Notes under the pieces: model-generated
Told to the model about the DNA's origin: nothing
What the model saw: the letters and a program-made list of their open reading frames with translations, nothing else
The model's database searches: none
In this document: positions 47,101-55,876 of the stretch, piece after piece
How positions within the stretch are numbered: position 1 is the first letter of the stretch
Layout of the letters: each line of letters begins with the position of its first letter
Origin: Bacteroidaceae bacterium
GTDB taxonomy: Bacteria; Bacteroidota; Bacteroidia; Bacteroidales; Bacteroidaceae
Assembly (NCBI GenBank): GCA_017619335.1
Contig: JAFZSP010000078.1
Location: 26 to 64,025 of the forward strand
Length of the DNA: 64,000 bases
Reading direction: 5' to 3'
Program-made: the position numbers and the translations under genes

Positions 47101-47737
47101 TGGTGACGTGGCAGCTGACTACAATGTCAACGACTTCAAGATTGACATCGTGAGCGGTGCCCTCAACACCTTCTGCTATCCCATGGGTCTGAAGGCTAAC
47201 GAAGGTCAGATGTATGGTGTCAGCGGCGTGGAACTCGTCGATGGTGGTGCTAAGGTCAGCTTCGTGAAGATTGCTGAGGCCGCTGCCGGTCGTCCGTTCA
47301 TCTTTGTCAGTGGCAACCTTGATGATTATGATTCTGAGACTGAACCCGATGCCATCTCCTTCACTCATGATATGAATCTGGTGGCTGAGGCTGATACCAA
47401 TAGCGTCCTGCGTGGTGACTTCGTAGAGGTTCAGGTGGGTCAGGGTGTCATCCAGGCCAGTGGCAACAAGTTCACTGTCACCAAGAGCAGTGTTGCCAAG
47501 GCTTCTGCCAACACCTGCTGGATTGCTGCTGAAGAGAAGCTTGACAAGAAGGCTACCATCACCATCGATATTACCGATGGCGAAGATGGCATTGCCAGCG
47601 CCATCCGCAACGTGAGCCGTCGTGGTGACATCTACACCATTGATGGTCGTTACATGGGCAAGGGCAATCTCAACAGCCTTGAAGGCCTCGGCCGCGGTGT
47701 CTATATCATCAATGGCACCAAGGTGACTGTGAAGTAA
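44141..47737 (+). CDS. Large secreted protein with two F5/8 type C (discoidin) domains and T9SS C-terminal sorting domain (paralog of 40327..43884)
   Basis: Signal peptide. FWHTDWH...WHVSELNLY and FWHSIWS...HMAEFQLYRA blocks. C-terminus ...GVYIINGTKVTVK. Shares blocks GKWYR[IV]RFGTE, LFRFVAVGD.AY and GRPFI with its paralog. Confidence 0.75.
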   Translation: MKKIYFFLLAMFGLLFSTNIFAQEEPDYGWEVDEAVVTMDNWEELLYSPFSDSVEGTDLSALVDESTSSFWHTDWHGEVSYSGNHYLQIMMPDWVTEETELAMRFTRRSTDNDHTIEWSIRGTNEDVEWSAEESCEELLYASTPFSSNTETLMTETFSTKGYKYIRIYSENTYGKSASFRKFWHVSELNLYTLRKRTLEEYVEEEKNKVLEEYAIYQGTFVTGTTPGCYGEAEVEEFDAALEALYALDEPGAEMPSQEELLAMLERVKVAYEAVLASLVTTAVPDGYYRIRSAMIYYNDVATGEKDEEGNDITEPWEGYKYMMGHKQNGKLWGIWASPDWGGEAVESECRKLWKITNKDGFYDMVSMYNDARFMDVARSTSVEMSLESENLMAIETAGADVDGNVMVNFRVSTQPSGDYLYLHQNGHSNGTGVNGFLVGWCNTVDQTTGEPGATEWVLEPVDEEEALQIIADYEPYKDVKKLVDAMKELSNTAKEQIVVAKDVQKIWDNEDDPLIKDVSQLSSPYTEPSEGALEYLLDGDLSNFWHSIWSSGSVPGGTHYLQVEIVDDDVTTVAFKGYRRNADNDHTTKWSVYGSDDEDLDNELGKEGCDSLATFETPFNKPNEYIEGAVFDTKGHKYLRFYSEEETGPSYGTRGYWHMAEFQLYRAHEYQSETCQYNVLGDIVKNLEAAIEEVDAIDTDEAEMEELQAAYNKLKAAYESFAEKFVDPAELRQAMADATEMAEGVAVGKDPGFWPSTETADALNKMVADAKTYDESGAYTPAKSDEFLASFEALGKACEDAVIKIQEGKWYRVRFGTEDEYEKYGWDYTGSDDDINDEGTVVNEAIFGKYMTLATQEDNDGVHSVIPVEAEDVVMNDNLYFDDDDDIMDKDLSLFRFVAVGDSAYMIQSKATGLFLKAAGTTGRVALSVQPSLFTQKALGLGANLLEAKHINGAGQSNLHFARNWNVIETWGATEIGSRSSLFIETAGDVAADYNVNDFKIDIVSGALNTFCYPMGLKANEGQMYGVSGVELVDGGAKVSFVKIAEAAAGRPFIFVSGNLDDYDSETEPDAISFTHDMNLVAEADTNSVLRGDFVEVQVGQGVIQASGNKFTVTKSSVAKASANTCWIAAEEKLDKKATITIDITDGEDGIASAIRNVSRRGDIYTIDGRYMGKGNLNSLEGLGRGVYIINGTKVTVK

Positions 47738-47760
47738 TTCATCAAATCCCTTTTATAGAA

Positions 47761-47792
47761 GTTGGCCAGCGCGTTCCTTCGCGCTGGCCAAC
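47761..47792 (+). terminator. Strong GC-rich stem-loop (terminator candidate)
   Basis: gttggccagcgcg-ttcctt-cgcgctggccaac is a 13-bp perfect stem. The downstream T-tract is weak. Confidence 0.6.
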
Positions 47793-47915
47793 GCGTTTAT
47801 ACGCTTAGGAACTTGCGTCCATACGAAAGTCCACTTGCGTTTATACGAAAGTCCACTTGCGTTTATACGAAAGTCCACTTGCGTCCATACGTTTCTTCAT
47901 TAGCGACCATACGCA
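47790..47915. repeat. 22-bp-period tandem array (ACTTGCGTTTATACGAAAGTCC-type units)
   Basis: CTTGCGT recurs at 47812, 47834, 47856 and 47878. Degenerate units lie at 47790 and 47903. Confidence 0.85.
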
Positions 47916-48058
47916 TGTCTTTTTTCGTTCATTTGAGCTCGTGACAGCCCTTTAAGGACGCTGCAAAGCGGTGATTAACTTAATTTAACGACCTAAATGC
48001 GTGTAGTGTGCCACAATTTCAGTATCTTCGCCACGAAAAACCATAAAGAATACATATT

Positions 48059-51000
48059 ATGAAGAAGTTTTACGCACTCCTTGCGCTGCTTGTGGCGCTT
48101 TCAACGAGCCTTTTTGCCAGTCCCGTCACCCTCGCTGCTCCCGGCGGTGATGATGTCGATCCCTCTACGCTTTCTGGGCGAGAACTGTACGACTATCAGA
48201 TAGCACATCTGAGCCTCTTCCGCCTGAAGAACAAACGCACCTCTACGTCCTATCTGACCACTACCACAGCCGGCTCAGCCATTGGTGCCAAGAAGGCCAG
48301 CAGTGGGCTCTCGCAAATCTGGATAGCAGAGAAGAAGGGCTCCGGATACACCATCCGCAGTGCCAACACGGCCCAGTACCTGCAGGAAGACTTTGCGAAA
48401 CCTGCCGGTGGAGCTGTGACTATGTACATCCAGTTCAGCCCCAACAACACGGGCAAGCAGTCCTATGTCAACATCTCATCCAAGTCTGATTTCAGCGGGC
48501 AGTCCTGTCTGAATCTCAACGGCGACGGAAAGGGCATTTACAAATGGTCTTACGCCAACGATGCGGGCAGTGACTGGGCCATAGATCTTGTGGATGACAT
48601 CTCAGAGGAAGATATAAAAGCTCACTTCGCAGAGATTACTGGTTATGCCACTGAACTCAGTGAAGGCAAGTACTACCGCCTCATCTCCACCACTTACAAC
48701 TTGGCCCTCACCGAGGGCAGTGACCTCGCTGCCAAAGCAGTGGATGAAACCAACTTTGGGCAGTACTGGCAACTGGAGAAATCAGGAACCGGCTATGCCA
48801 TCCAGAGCGTCGTTTCCGAGAAATACATCCAGCGGCAGACCACCACCAGCGCACCCTATCACATGGGTGCCAGCAAGGTGGCTTTCAACATCAAGCCTGT
48901 GGCAGACAAGTGGGAAAGCAAGTGGACCATTGCCTATGGTTCAGATGGTTCTGGTATGCACACTGCTTCGTCACAGAGTTATAATGTAGTGCTCTGGAGC
49001 ACCAATGCCGAAGCCAGCGTCTGGGCTTTCCAGGAAGTGGAACTCTCAGAGGAAGACATCGCAGCTGCGCGTCAGGCCCAGCATGGATTTGACGAGCTGG
49101 TGGCCAACAAGGCTGTTTTACAGGGACATCTGGATGCCCTCTTTGCCGACAAAGCCTGCACCACCCTCAAAGAAGAGATTCAGGCACTGAGTGACGAGCA
49201 GCTGGCTGCCAATGAGAACTTCCTCGGTCTGAACGAAGATATGCAGGCAATGGTGCTGAAAATCAAGAACAACACTTGGAAACAGTTCACCAACGCTTCC
49301 ACAGGATATACGGCGGGTTATGAGAAGTTCTTCCGCATTGCTGACTATCAGATTTACAGCAATTACCAGTCGATGGCCAATGCCAGCAACTTCACTATGA
49401 GCAACAGCTTCGGCAAGCTCTCCGGCCCAACGGGTATCGTGGCCAATCCGGGTGACATCATCTATGTCTATGTCAGCGCCAATCCCAAGAGCGGTACCAC
49501 CCTGCAGCTGGAAGCTGTGATGGCTGATCTCACCGAGGGCAACAATCGTACTGGCCAGACCACGAACCTCAAGGCTGGTCTCAATCTGTTCAAGTTCCCC
49601 GAGGCCAAGATGCTCTACATCTTCCACGAACTGACCAACCCCAGCAGTAAACTGGCCAACTATCCTGATGTGACTGTTCACATCGAGGGCGGACAGCTCA
49701 ACGGCTACTGGGATGCCACACGCGGCATGACAAACGAGGACTGGATACTCATGCAGAAAGAGATGCTGAAAGCTCCCATGCTGAACCTGAAAACCAAGCA
49801 TTTGGTCTTCCAGATGAACGCTGCAGTGGTGAAGAAAGCCGAGCCCAAGGAGATGGAAGGACTCATGCGTGTCTGGGACAGAGTGCCGGAGAATGAGGAG
49901 AAATACATGGGCGTGGAGGACTTCGAGGGTCGCTACCGCAATATCTGGAACGTCTTCTCCATCCAGAATAATTATATGTATGCCACCACATACGGTACCT
50001 ACTATAATGAGTCCACGCTGCCCACTGTGATGAATTATTCCAATATGACAAAGACGGCAGGCAACCTCTGGGGACCCAGCCATGAAATGGGGCATAATCA
50101 CCAGAGCAGCATCAACGTTATCGGCACCACGGAGAGCTCTAACAATATGTTCTCCAACATCAATATCTTTGAACAGGGCATTGCTGGCACTCGTCGTCAT
50201 TATCCTGCCGACAACTTCACGGAGATGGCTGCGCAGACGCCTTGGCTGCAGCGCAACATCTGGCTCACCACCAGCATGTTCTTCCAGCTTTACCTGTACT
50301 TCCACGTCCAACATCACGATGACAACTTCCTGCCCAATCTCTTCCGCCAGATGCGTAAGAAGCCCATCAACAAGTGGAGCGGACCTGGCGGCACAGGCCC
50401 CACCTCCTACGGCAAGGATGACTACCTGCATCTGGCCAAGATGATCTGTGATGTGGCACAGGCCGACTTGAGCGAGTTCTTCGAGGCATACGGTATGTTC
50501 TATCCTGTCTCCATGATGGAAGTGGGTGACTATTCCACCTATTTCGTTACCACCACGCAGGCACACATCAACAGTGCCAAGACTTATATGCAGAAGTACG
50601 AAAAGAAACTCGGCAACATCATGTTCATTGACGACCGTGTGCTCAAGAAAAAAGCCGATCCTGACAACCTCTTTGAGGGCGTTCCCGCCAAGGACGGATG
50701 GAAAGTGGCCATCAATGATGAGAATCCCTTCCCGTCCGGAAGCACCTATATTGGAGGTGACTATGAGTCTTACACCGATGAACCTGCCGATGTGACAGAT
50801 GATTACTATACCCTGTCTTCCAATAAGAAGACCATCACTTTCCACGGCACCAACTATGCCGGCCACAAGTTCTATGATGCCGACGGCAACTTCATCTGGG
50901 CCACCAATGCCAAGTCCATCAAACTGCCCGACTGTGTCGTGAACCTCGGCATGGAGAATGTGACTGTGAAGACTGCCCAGTATGACATGAAGGACGTCCT

Positions 51001-51163
51001 CTGTGTGGACAAGGAGACTGCCATCCGTGAGATAGAGAACGGCTCCGCTACGCTTGGTTCCAGCGCGGCAGACCATCGCGTCTTTGACCTCACAGGCCGA
51101 CAAGTTAACCTTCCCAGGACCAAGGGAATTTACATCCGCAACGGCAAGAAAGTGATCAAATGA
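48059..51163 (+). CDS. M60-like (enhancin-like) zinc metallopeptidase with N-terminal QxW beta-trefoil-like lectin repeats and T9SS C-terminal sorting domain
   Basis: Signal peptide. Repeats SQIW.., GQYWQLEK.. and ASVWAFQEV. Zinc motif SHEMGHNHQ (HEXXH). C-terminus ...GIYIRNGKKVIK. Confidence 0.75.
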   Translation: MKKFYALLALLVALSTSLFASPVTLAAPGGDDVDPSTLSGRELYDYQIAHLSLFRLKNKRTSTSYLTTTTAGSAIGAKKASSGLSQIWIAEKKGSGYTIRSANTAQYLQEDFAKPAGGAVTMYIQFSPNNTGKQSYVNISSKSDFSGQSCLNLNGDGKGIYKWSYANDAGSDWAIDLVDDISEEDIKAHFAEITGYATELSEGKYYRLISTTYNLALTEGSDLAAKAVDETNFGQYWQLEKSGTGYAIQSVVSEKYIQRQTTTSAPYHMGASKVAFNIKPVADKWESKWTIAYGSDGSGMHTASSQSYNVVLWSTNAEASVWAFQEVELSEEDIAAARQAQHGFDELVANKAVLQGHLDALFADKACTTLKEEIQALSDEQLAANENFLGLNEDMQAMVLKIKNNTWKQFTNASTGYTAGYEKFFRIADYQIYSNYQSMANASNFTMSNSFGKLSGPTGIVANPGDIIYVYVSANPKSGTTLQLEAVMADLTEGNNRTGQTTNLKAGLNLFKFPEAKMLYIFHELTNPSSKLANYPDVTVHIEGGQLNGYWDATRGMTNEDWILMQKEMLKAPMLNLKTKHLVFQMNAAVVKKAEPKEMEGLMRVWDRVPENEEKYMGVEDFEGRYRNIWNVFSIQNNYMYATTYGTYYNESTLPTVMNYSNMTKTAGNLWGPSHEMGHNHQSSINVIGTTESSNNMFSNINIFEQGIAGTRRHYPADNFTEMAAQTPWLQRNIWLTTSMFFQLYLYFHVQHHDDNFLPNLFRQMRKKPINKWSGPGGTGPTSYGKDDYLHLAKMICDVAQADLSEFFEAYGMFYPVSMMEVGDYSTYFVTTTQAHINSAKTYMQKYEKKLGNIMFIDDRVLKKKADPDNLFEGVPAKDGWKVAINDENPFPSGSTYIGGDYESYTDEPADVTDDYYTLSSNKKTITFHGTNYAGHKFYDADGNFIWATNAKSIKLPDCVVNLGMENVTVKTAQYDMKDVLCVDKETAIREIENGSATLGSSAADHRVFDLTGRQVNLPRTKGIYIRNGKKVIK

Positions 51164-52713
51164 AGAACGCTCGCTTTCTGTCCCTCCTTCCGTCAGCAGC
51201 TTTTCTGCTGCTGACGTGGTTTTGGGCCGCCTGGTGGATGGGAGATATCGGACTAATGGCCTATGAGAATTCCTTTGTGACAGCAGACAGCACATTGATG
51301 CACTGGCTGTGGCAACAACCGTTTGGCGTGCTGTGGATTGTTGGTCGTGTGCTATTGCTGACCTATCACTGGCCTTGGGTTGGTGGATTGTTGGTGGCAG
51401 TGCTGCTGACGGCAGGCTCGTGGCTGGTGGGTTACTGTCTGCGAATGCCGCAACGCTGGCGTTTCCTGCAGTATCTGCCGGCTGGTGTCTGGATGACATG
51501 GGTGGCGTGGCTCGGACTGAATGTGTTCTATCAGCATGAACCTGGCCGCCCCTTGGGCGTGCTCTTTCTCGTGGTGCTCGTCTGCGCCATTGATGCCTTC
51601 ATCATCTGGACTTTCAAGAGCAGAAGGAAGAGCGTGGTGACTGCCGATGTGAAATCCAAGAAGCCCGCAGTCCCTCATTATTCTTTCTATCTTCTACATC
51701 TTTTAGTCTTCCTCCTCTGTCTGTCTGTTCCCATGGCGCTGACTCATGCCCGTTATCCCTATGCCCGTCCTGTCACCCGGATGCAGGTACAGATGCAGCA
51801 GCAGGACTGGAACGGAATGGCGGAGACGGCCCGTGCCAATGCTCATCTCAGCTACCGTCCTTTGGCTGCCTATTATGCCGTCGCCCTGGTTCACAATGGT
51901 CGTCTGGCCGATGACCTGTTTGACATCCGATTGGACTATGATACGCTTTACCTGAAGGATCGTGCCGGTAAAGGTGATGTGGGTTCCAACTACTATACCA
52001 TTGACTGTAATTTCCACGCAGGCCTCGTCCGTCCCGCCACACACCGTGCTATGGAGTTGTTGACGATGGAAGGTCCGTCTCTATTCTCCCTGAAGATGCT
52101 GACGCGCTGTGCCCTGCTGGATCACCACTGGCAGTTGGCTCGCAAGTATCTGCATATCATCGGGAAAGCACCCTTTGAAGGGGCTTTCGTGGAGAAGTAC
52201 AGTGCCATGATTGAGCACCCAGAACTGATAGATGCCGACCCGGAGTTCAATGTCGTCCAGCGAACCATGCCCATAGAGGATAGTTTCGAGAGTATGTACC
52301 AGGAACCTATCTTCCTCGGCTACGCTGTAGATCTCATGCAGGGACGTAGCAAGGAGGCATTGATCCAGAGCTTGATGGCCAATCTCTACAGCAAACGTAT
52401 GCCCGCTTTCCTCATGCGCTGCGAACCCCTTGTGGGTACCACGCCTCCGCTCTCCATCGGGCAGGGGCTGGTCACCCAAGCCCGCAAGTTCCCTGATGTG
52501 CTCAAGGCTTTTCCGTCTTTGGATATGGAGATGCGGCGCTTCGTCAGTTTCCTCCAAGTGGTGCAGCCTTATATGCAGGATCGTCCTCGTGGCGGTATCG
52601 AGCTCTTTGACCAGTATCACGGCTATTATCCCTATTATTATTTCTTCGGAAACCTCAAGGCCACCCGCAAGACCAACACCCAGGATTCATCCTCTGCGGC
52701 GGGTGTGAATTAA
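51160..52713 (+). CDS. Trp-rich polytopic membrane protein with soluble helical C-terminal half (possibly DUF6057), cassette copy 1
   Basis: Its ATG overlaps the M60 stop (ATGA at 51160-51163). There are 5-6 N-terminal TM helices (WFWAAWWMGD, LLLTYHWPW). It is a paralog of 54298..55809. Confidence 0.65.
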   Translation: MKNARFLSLLPSAAFLLLTWFWAAWWMGDIGLMAYENSFVTADSTLMHWLWQQPFGVLWIVGRVLLLTYHWPWVGGLLVAVLLTAGSWLVGYCLRMPQRWRFLQYLPAGVWMTWVAWLGLNVFYQHEPGRPLGVLFLVVLVCAIDAFIIWTFKSRRKSVVTADVKSKKPAVPHYSFYLLHLLVFLLCLSVPMALTHARYPYARPVTRMQVQMQQQDWNGMAETARANAHLSYRPLAAYYAVALVHNGRLADDLFDIRLDYDTLYLKDRAGKGDVGSNYYTIDCNFHAGLVRPATHRAMELLTMEGPSLFSLKMLTRCALLDHHWQLARKYLHIIGKAPFEGAFVEKYSAMIEHPELIDADPEFNVVQRTMPIEDSFESMYQEPIFLGYAVDLMQGRSKEALIQSLMANLYSKRMPAFLMRCEPLVGTTPPLSIGQGLVTQARKFPDVLKAFPSLDMEMRRFVSFLQVVQPYMQDRPRGGIELFDQYHGYYPYYYFFGNLKATRKTNTQDSSSAAGVN

Positions 52714-52747
52714 AGTTTAGAGTTTAGGGTTTAGAGTAAAAAGTTAT

Positions 52748-54292
52748 ATGAAATACAAGATATTCATTCTTCCCATTTTCCTGTTCACCCTGTTTCTTGT
52801 CTCCTGCACTAAACCTTCTGCTGTGCCGCAGCAATTTACGGAGGTGAAGGAGGATGCAGTAATTTATCCTGATTATCGTGACGTGACCATTCCGCCCAAT
52901 ATCGCGCCGCTGAATTTTATGGTCACAGATGATGCAGCCGATGCCTTTGTGACCCAGGTGGGCGACCTCGTCTGTGGGGCCGGCAAGGACGGCAAGTTTG
53001 ACTTGGACACGCTGGCGTGGCGTCAAATGTTGTCGGCAACCAAGGGCGGGGACCTCTCTGTCAGCGTCTTTGCACATCGTGAAAGCGGCTGGGTCAAGCA
53101 TCCGGACTTCACGCTGCATGTGGCAGAAGAGGAGATAGATCCCTTCCTGTCCTACCGTCTCATAGAACCCGGCTATGAGCTGTACCGTCAGTTGGGCCTG
53201 TACCAGCGGAACCTCACCAACTTCACGGAACACGTCATCTATGAGAACAATCGCGCCTTCAGCGATGAGGACAATCACTGTGTGAACTGCCATAACTACC
53301 AGGCCTACGACACAGACCGTATGCTCTTTCATGTTCGCGGTCAGCATGGCGGCACCATTATCGTCCAAGGCGGTGAAGCCCACAAGATAGCCATCAAGCA
53401 TGACAGCATCTTGTCTGCGGGAGTCTATCCCTCGTGGCATCCCACTTTACCGCTGGTGGCTTTCTCCACCAACAAGACTGGTCAGGTCTTCCATCTCCAG
53501 CATCCTGAGAAGATTGAAGTGCTGGATGAGGCTTCCGATCTCCTGCTCTATGATGCAGAGAAGAACACCGTGCAGAACGTCCTTCGCTCCAAGGAGTATA
53601 TGGAGACTTTCCCCTGCTGGGCTCCGGATGGTCGCCGCCTGTACTACTGCTGCGCCAAAGTCCCCGAGTCCTTGATGGCAGACTACACTGCTTTCCAGGT
53701 TGCCTTGAAGTATGACAGCCTCTTCTACGATATCTATTCGATGCCCTTCGACCCTGATACCCGCTCCTTTGGCGAGCCGCGTTTAGAAGTCAACGCCAGT
53801 GCCGACCGTCACAGCATCAGTGTCCCTCGCGTCAGCCCCGACGGACGCTTCCTGCTGTTCACAAAAGGGGACTACGGGCAGTTCCATATCTGGCATCAGA
53901 GTGCCGATTTGTGGGTAAAAACACTCACCAGCGCCGATGGTCTCCCCTCTCTAACAGGAGAGGGGTCGGGAGAGAGGCTCTACCCTCTTTCCGCCGCCAA
54001 CTCCCCAGAGGCAGAGAGTTATCACAGCTGGTCCAGCAATGGGCGTTGGATCGCCTTTGTCAGTCGGCGTGAGGACCAAAACTTCTCCCGTGTCTTCATC
54101 ACCTATTTTGATCGTGAAGGGCAGGCCCGTCGTGCTTTCCTGCTTCCCCAGCAGGATCCCGAGCACAACACGCTGCTGCTGAAGAGTTATAATGTGCCCG
54201 AGCTGAGCAAACGTGCTGTACAGGTGAGTTTTGAGACCCTGAAACATGTGGTGTATCATACAGAGGCTGAGACAGCCACCTTTAAGGAATAA
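52748..54292 (+). CDS. Lipoprotein with CXXCH heme-binding motif and PD40/TolB-like beta-propeller repeats, cassette copy 1
   Basis: Lipobox FLVSC. HCVNCHN at 53276-53296. Propeller-type repeats WAPDGRRLYY, VSPDGRFLLF and WSSNGRWIAFVSRR. Confidence 0.65.
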   Translation: MKYKIFILPIFLFTLFLVSCTKPSAVPQQFTEVKEDAVIYPDYRDVTIPPNIAPLNFMVTDDAADAFVTQVGDLVCGAGKDGKFDLDTLAWRQMLSATKGGDLSVSVFAHRESGWVKHPDFTLHVAEEEIDPFLSYRLIEPGYELYRQLGLYQRNLTNFTEHVIYENNRAFSDEDNHCVNCHNYQAYDTDRMLFHVRGQHGGTIIVQGGEAHKIAIKHDSILSAGVYPSWHPTLPLVAFSTNKTGQVFHLQHPEKIEVLDEASDLLLYDAEKNTVQNVLRSKEYMETFPCWAPDGRRLYYCCAKVPESLMADYTAFQVALKYDSLFYDIYSMPFDPDTRSFGEPRLEVNASADRHSISVPRVSPDGRFLLFTKGDYGQFHIWHQSADLWVKTLTSADGLPSLTGEGSGERLYPLSAANSPEAESYHSWSSNGRWIAFVSRREDQNFSRVFITYFDREGQARRAFLLPQQDPEHNTLLLKSYNVPELSKRAVQVSFETLKHVVYHTEAETATFKE

Positions 54293-54297
54293 GCAAA

Positions 54298-55809
54298 ATG
54301 AGTAAAAAGATTTTTCAGCACTGGGGATTGATTCTCTTCTTCCTCCTTGCGTGGCTGTGGGCTTCCTGGTGGATGGGAGATGTGATGCGCATCGCCTACG
54401 AGCGTTCCTTCTTTGCCCCCGATGCCACGCTGATGTATTGGTTGTGGCAACAGCCGTTCGGATGGCTGTGGATCATTGGTCGTGTACTGTTGTTGACTTA
54501 TCATTGGCCCTGGGCGGGCGGTCTGTTGGTGGCGGTGCTGCTGACGGCAGGTTCGTGGCTCGTGGGTTACTGTCTGCGACTGCCGCAGCGCTGGCGCTGG
54601 CTGCAATACCTGCCGGCTGGCGTCTGGATGATGTGGACAGCCACCGTGGGCTTGAACCTCTTCTATGCTCGTGAACCTGGGCGCATCCTGGGTGTTCCTT
54701 TCCTGATGGTAACACTCTTCGCCATAGCAGCACTCATCACCTGGCTCGCAGCCCAACACAGCAGCCCCCTCCCGAGCTCCCCCAAGGGGGAGTGGGCCTT
54801 TATTCTCATCTGCTTCGCGCTCCCCGTCTGCACCCTTCACTTCCAGCATCCCTACATTCGTCCCCTCACTCGGATGCAGGTGCAGCTGCTGCATGATGAC
54901 TTTGAAGGGATTTCACGTACAGCCCACGAACATGCCGAGATGAGTTACCGCCAGATGGCTGGTTATTACGCCATTGCACTGGCTCGCACGGGACATCTGG
55001 CAGAGCAGCTTTTTGATATCAAACTGGACTTTGACACCATCACCACCTACAATTATGGTGGTCACCCCACATCTACACTGAACTATCACATCATCGATTG
55101 TGATTACCATGCTGGCCTCATCCGTGCGGCACGTCATTACGTGATGGAAGACCTCACGATGGATGGTCCCTCGCTCTTCACGCTGAAATATATGGTGAAG
55201 ATTTCACTCTTGGAGGGAGACTGGGTCCTGGCGCGCAAATACCTTCATATCCTTCGGAAAGTACCTTTTGAGGGTACATTCCTGCGCAAGTATGAGCCCA
55301 TGGTGGAACGTCCCGACCTGATACAGGCTGACCCAGAGTTTGCGTTCATTCTCAATATGCTGCCTCCCTACCACACCTTTGAGCAGATGGACGAGAAACC
55401 CGCGTTTGTGGGCTTTTATGCCAACATGAGAGGTTTCCAGAACAAGGAGGCGCTCATCTGGAGCACGGTGGCTTGTCTCTACAGCAAACGTATGCCTGCT
55501 TTCCTCCAGCGCTGCCAGCGGTTAGTGGGCACCACACCTCCACGTTCCATCGCAGAAGGGCTCCTCTTGGAATCCTACAAGGAGCCCGCCATCCTGAAAG
55601 CGTTCCCTCAGCTGGAGATGCTGGTGGACCGCTTTGAGCTCTTCCTCCAAGATGCCAGCCCCTATATGGATGACCGTGAGCGGGGCAGTGAGGCGCTCTT
55701 TGAGAAGTACCACGGTTATTATCCCTATTATTATTTCTTCGGCAATCTCCGCAACACTCGCCGACCCTCCGATGATGAGCCGGCGGCCAACAAGGCGGGA
55801 GTGAATTAG
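54298..55809 (+). CDS. Trp-rich polytopic membrane protein (possibly DUF6057), cassette copy 2
   Basis: 503 aa. Long identical runs with copy 1 (for example GGLLVAVLLTAGSWLVGYCLR). Starts 5 nt after the preceding stop. Confidence 0.65.
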   Translation: MSKKIFQHWGLILFFLLAWLWASWWMGDVMRIAYERSFFAPDATLMYWLWQQPFGWLWIIGRVLLLTYHWPWAGGLLVAVLLTAGSWLVGYCLRLPQRWRWLQYLPAGVWMMWTATVGLNLFYAREPGRILGVPFLMVTLFAIAALITWLAAQHSSPLPSSPKGEWAFILICFALPVCTLHFQHPYIRPLTRMQVQLLHDDFEGISRTAHEHAEMSYRQMAGYYAIALARTGHLAEQLFDIKLDFDTITTYNYGGHPTSTLNYHIIDCDYHAGLIRAARHYVMEDLTMDGPSLFTLKYMVKISLLEGDWVLARKYLHILRKVPFEGTFLRKYEPMVERPDLIQADPEFAFILNMLPPYHTFEQMDEKPAFVGFYANMRGFQNKEALIWSTVACLYSKRMPAFLQRCQRLVGTTPPRSIAEGLLLESYKEPAILKAFPQLEMLVDRFELFLQDASPYMDDRERGSEALFEKYHGYYPYYYFFGNLRNTRRPSDDEPAANKAGVN

Positions 55810-55876
55810 TGGGGACTCTCCCCCCGCCCTCCTTAAGGGAGGGAGCTTTTACTAATCAAGAATAATTCAAAGCATT

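Noticed and set aside
49118-51499. 793-aa minus-strand ORF opposite the M60-like peptidase and the first membrane-protein gene
   Set aside because: It is a shadow ORF on the antisense strand of strongly supported genes. Its composition is the typical mirror pattern (V/H/G/L/D-rich, no motifs), and it has no promoter box or signal. The same reasoning rejects 45923..47020, 45179..45898, 44345..44791 and 41056..41592.
52715-52736. Plant-telomere-like TTTAGGG repeats (also 23824-23847)
   Set aside because: Only three degenerate copies lie inside intercistronic spacers of a bacterial operon. The resemblance to telomeric repeats is coincidental. The observation is kept only as a bacterial spacer motif.
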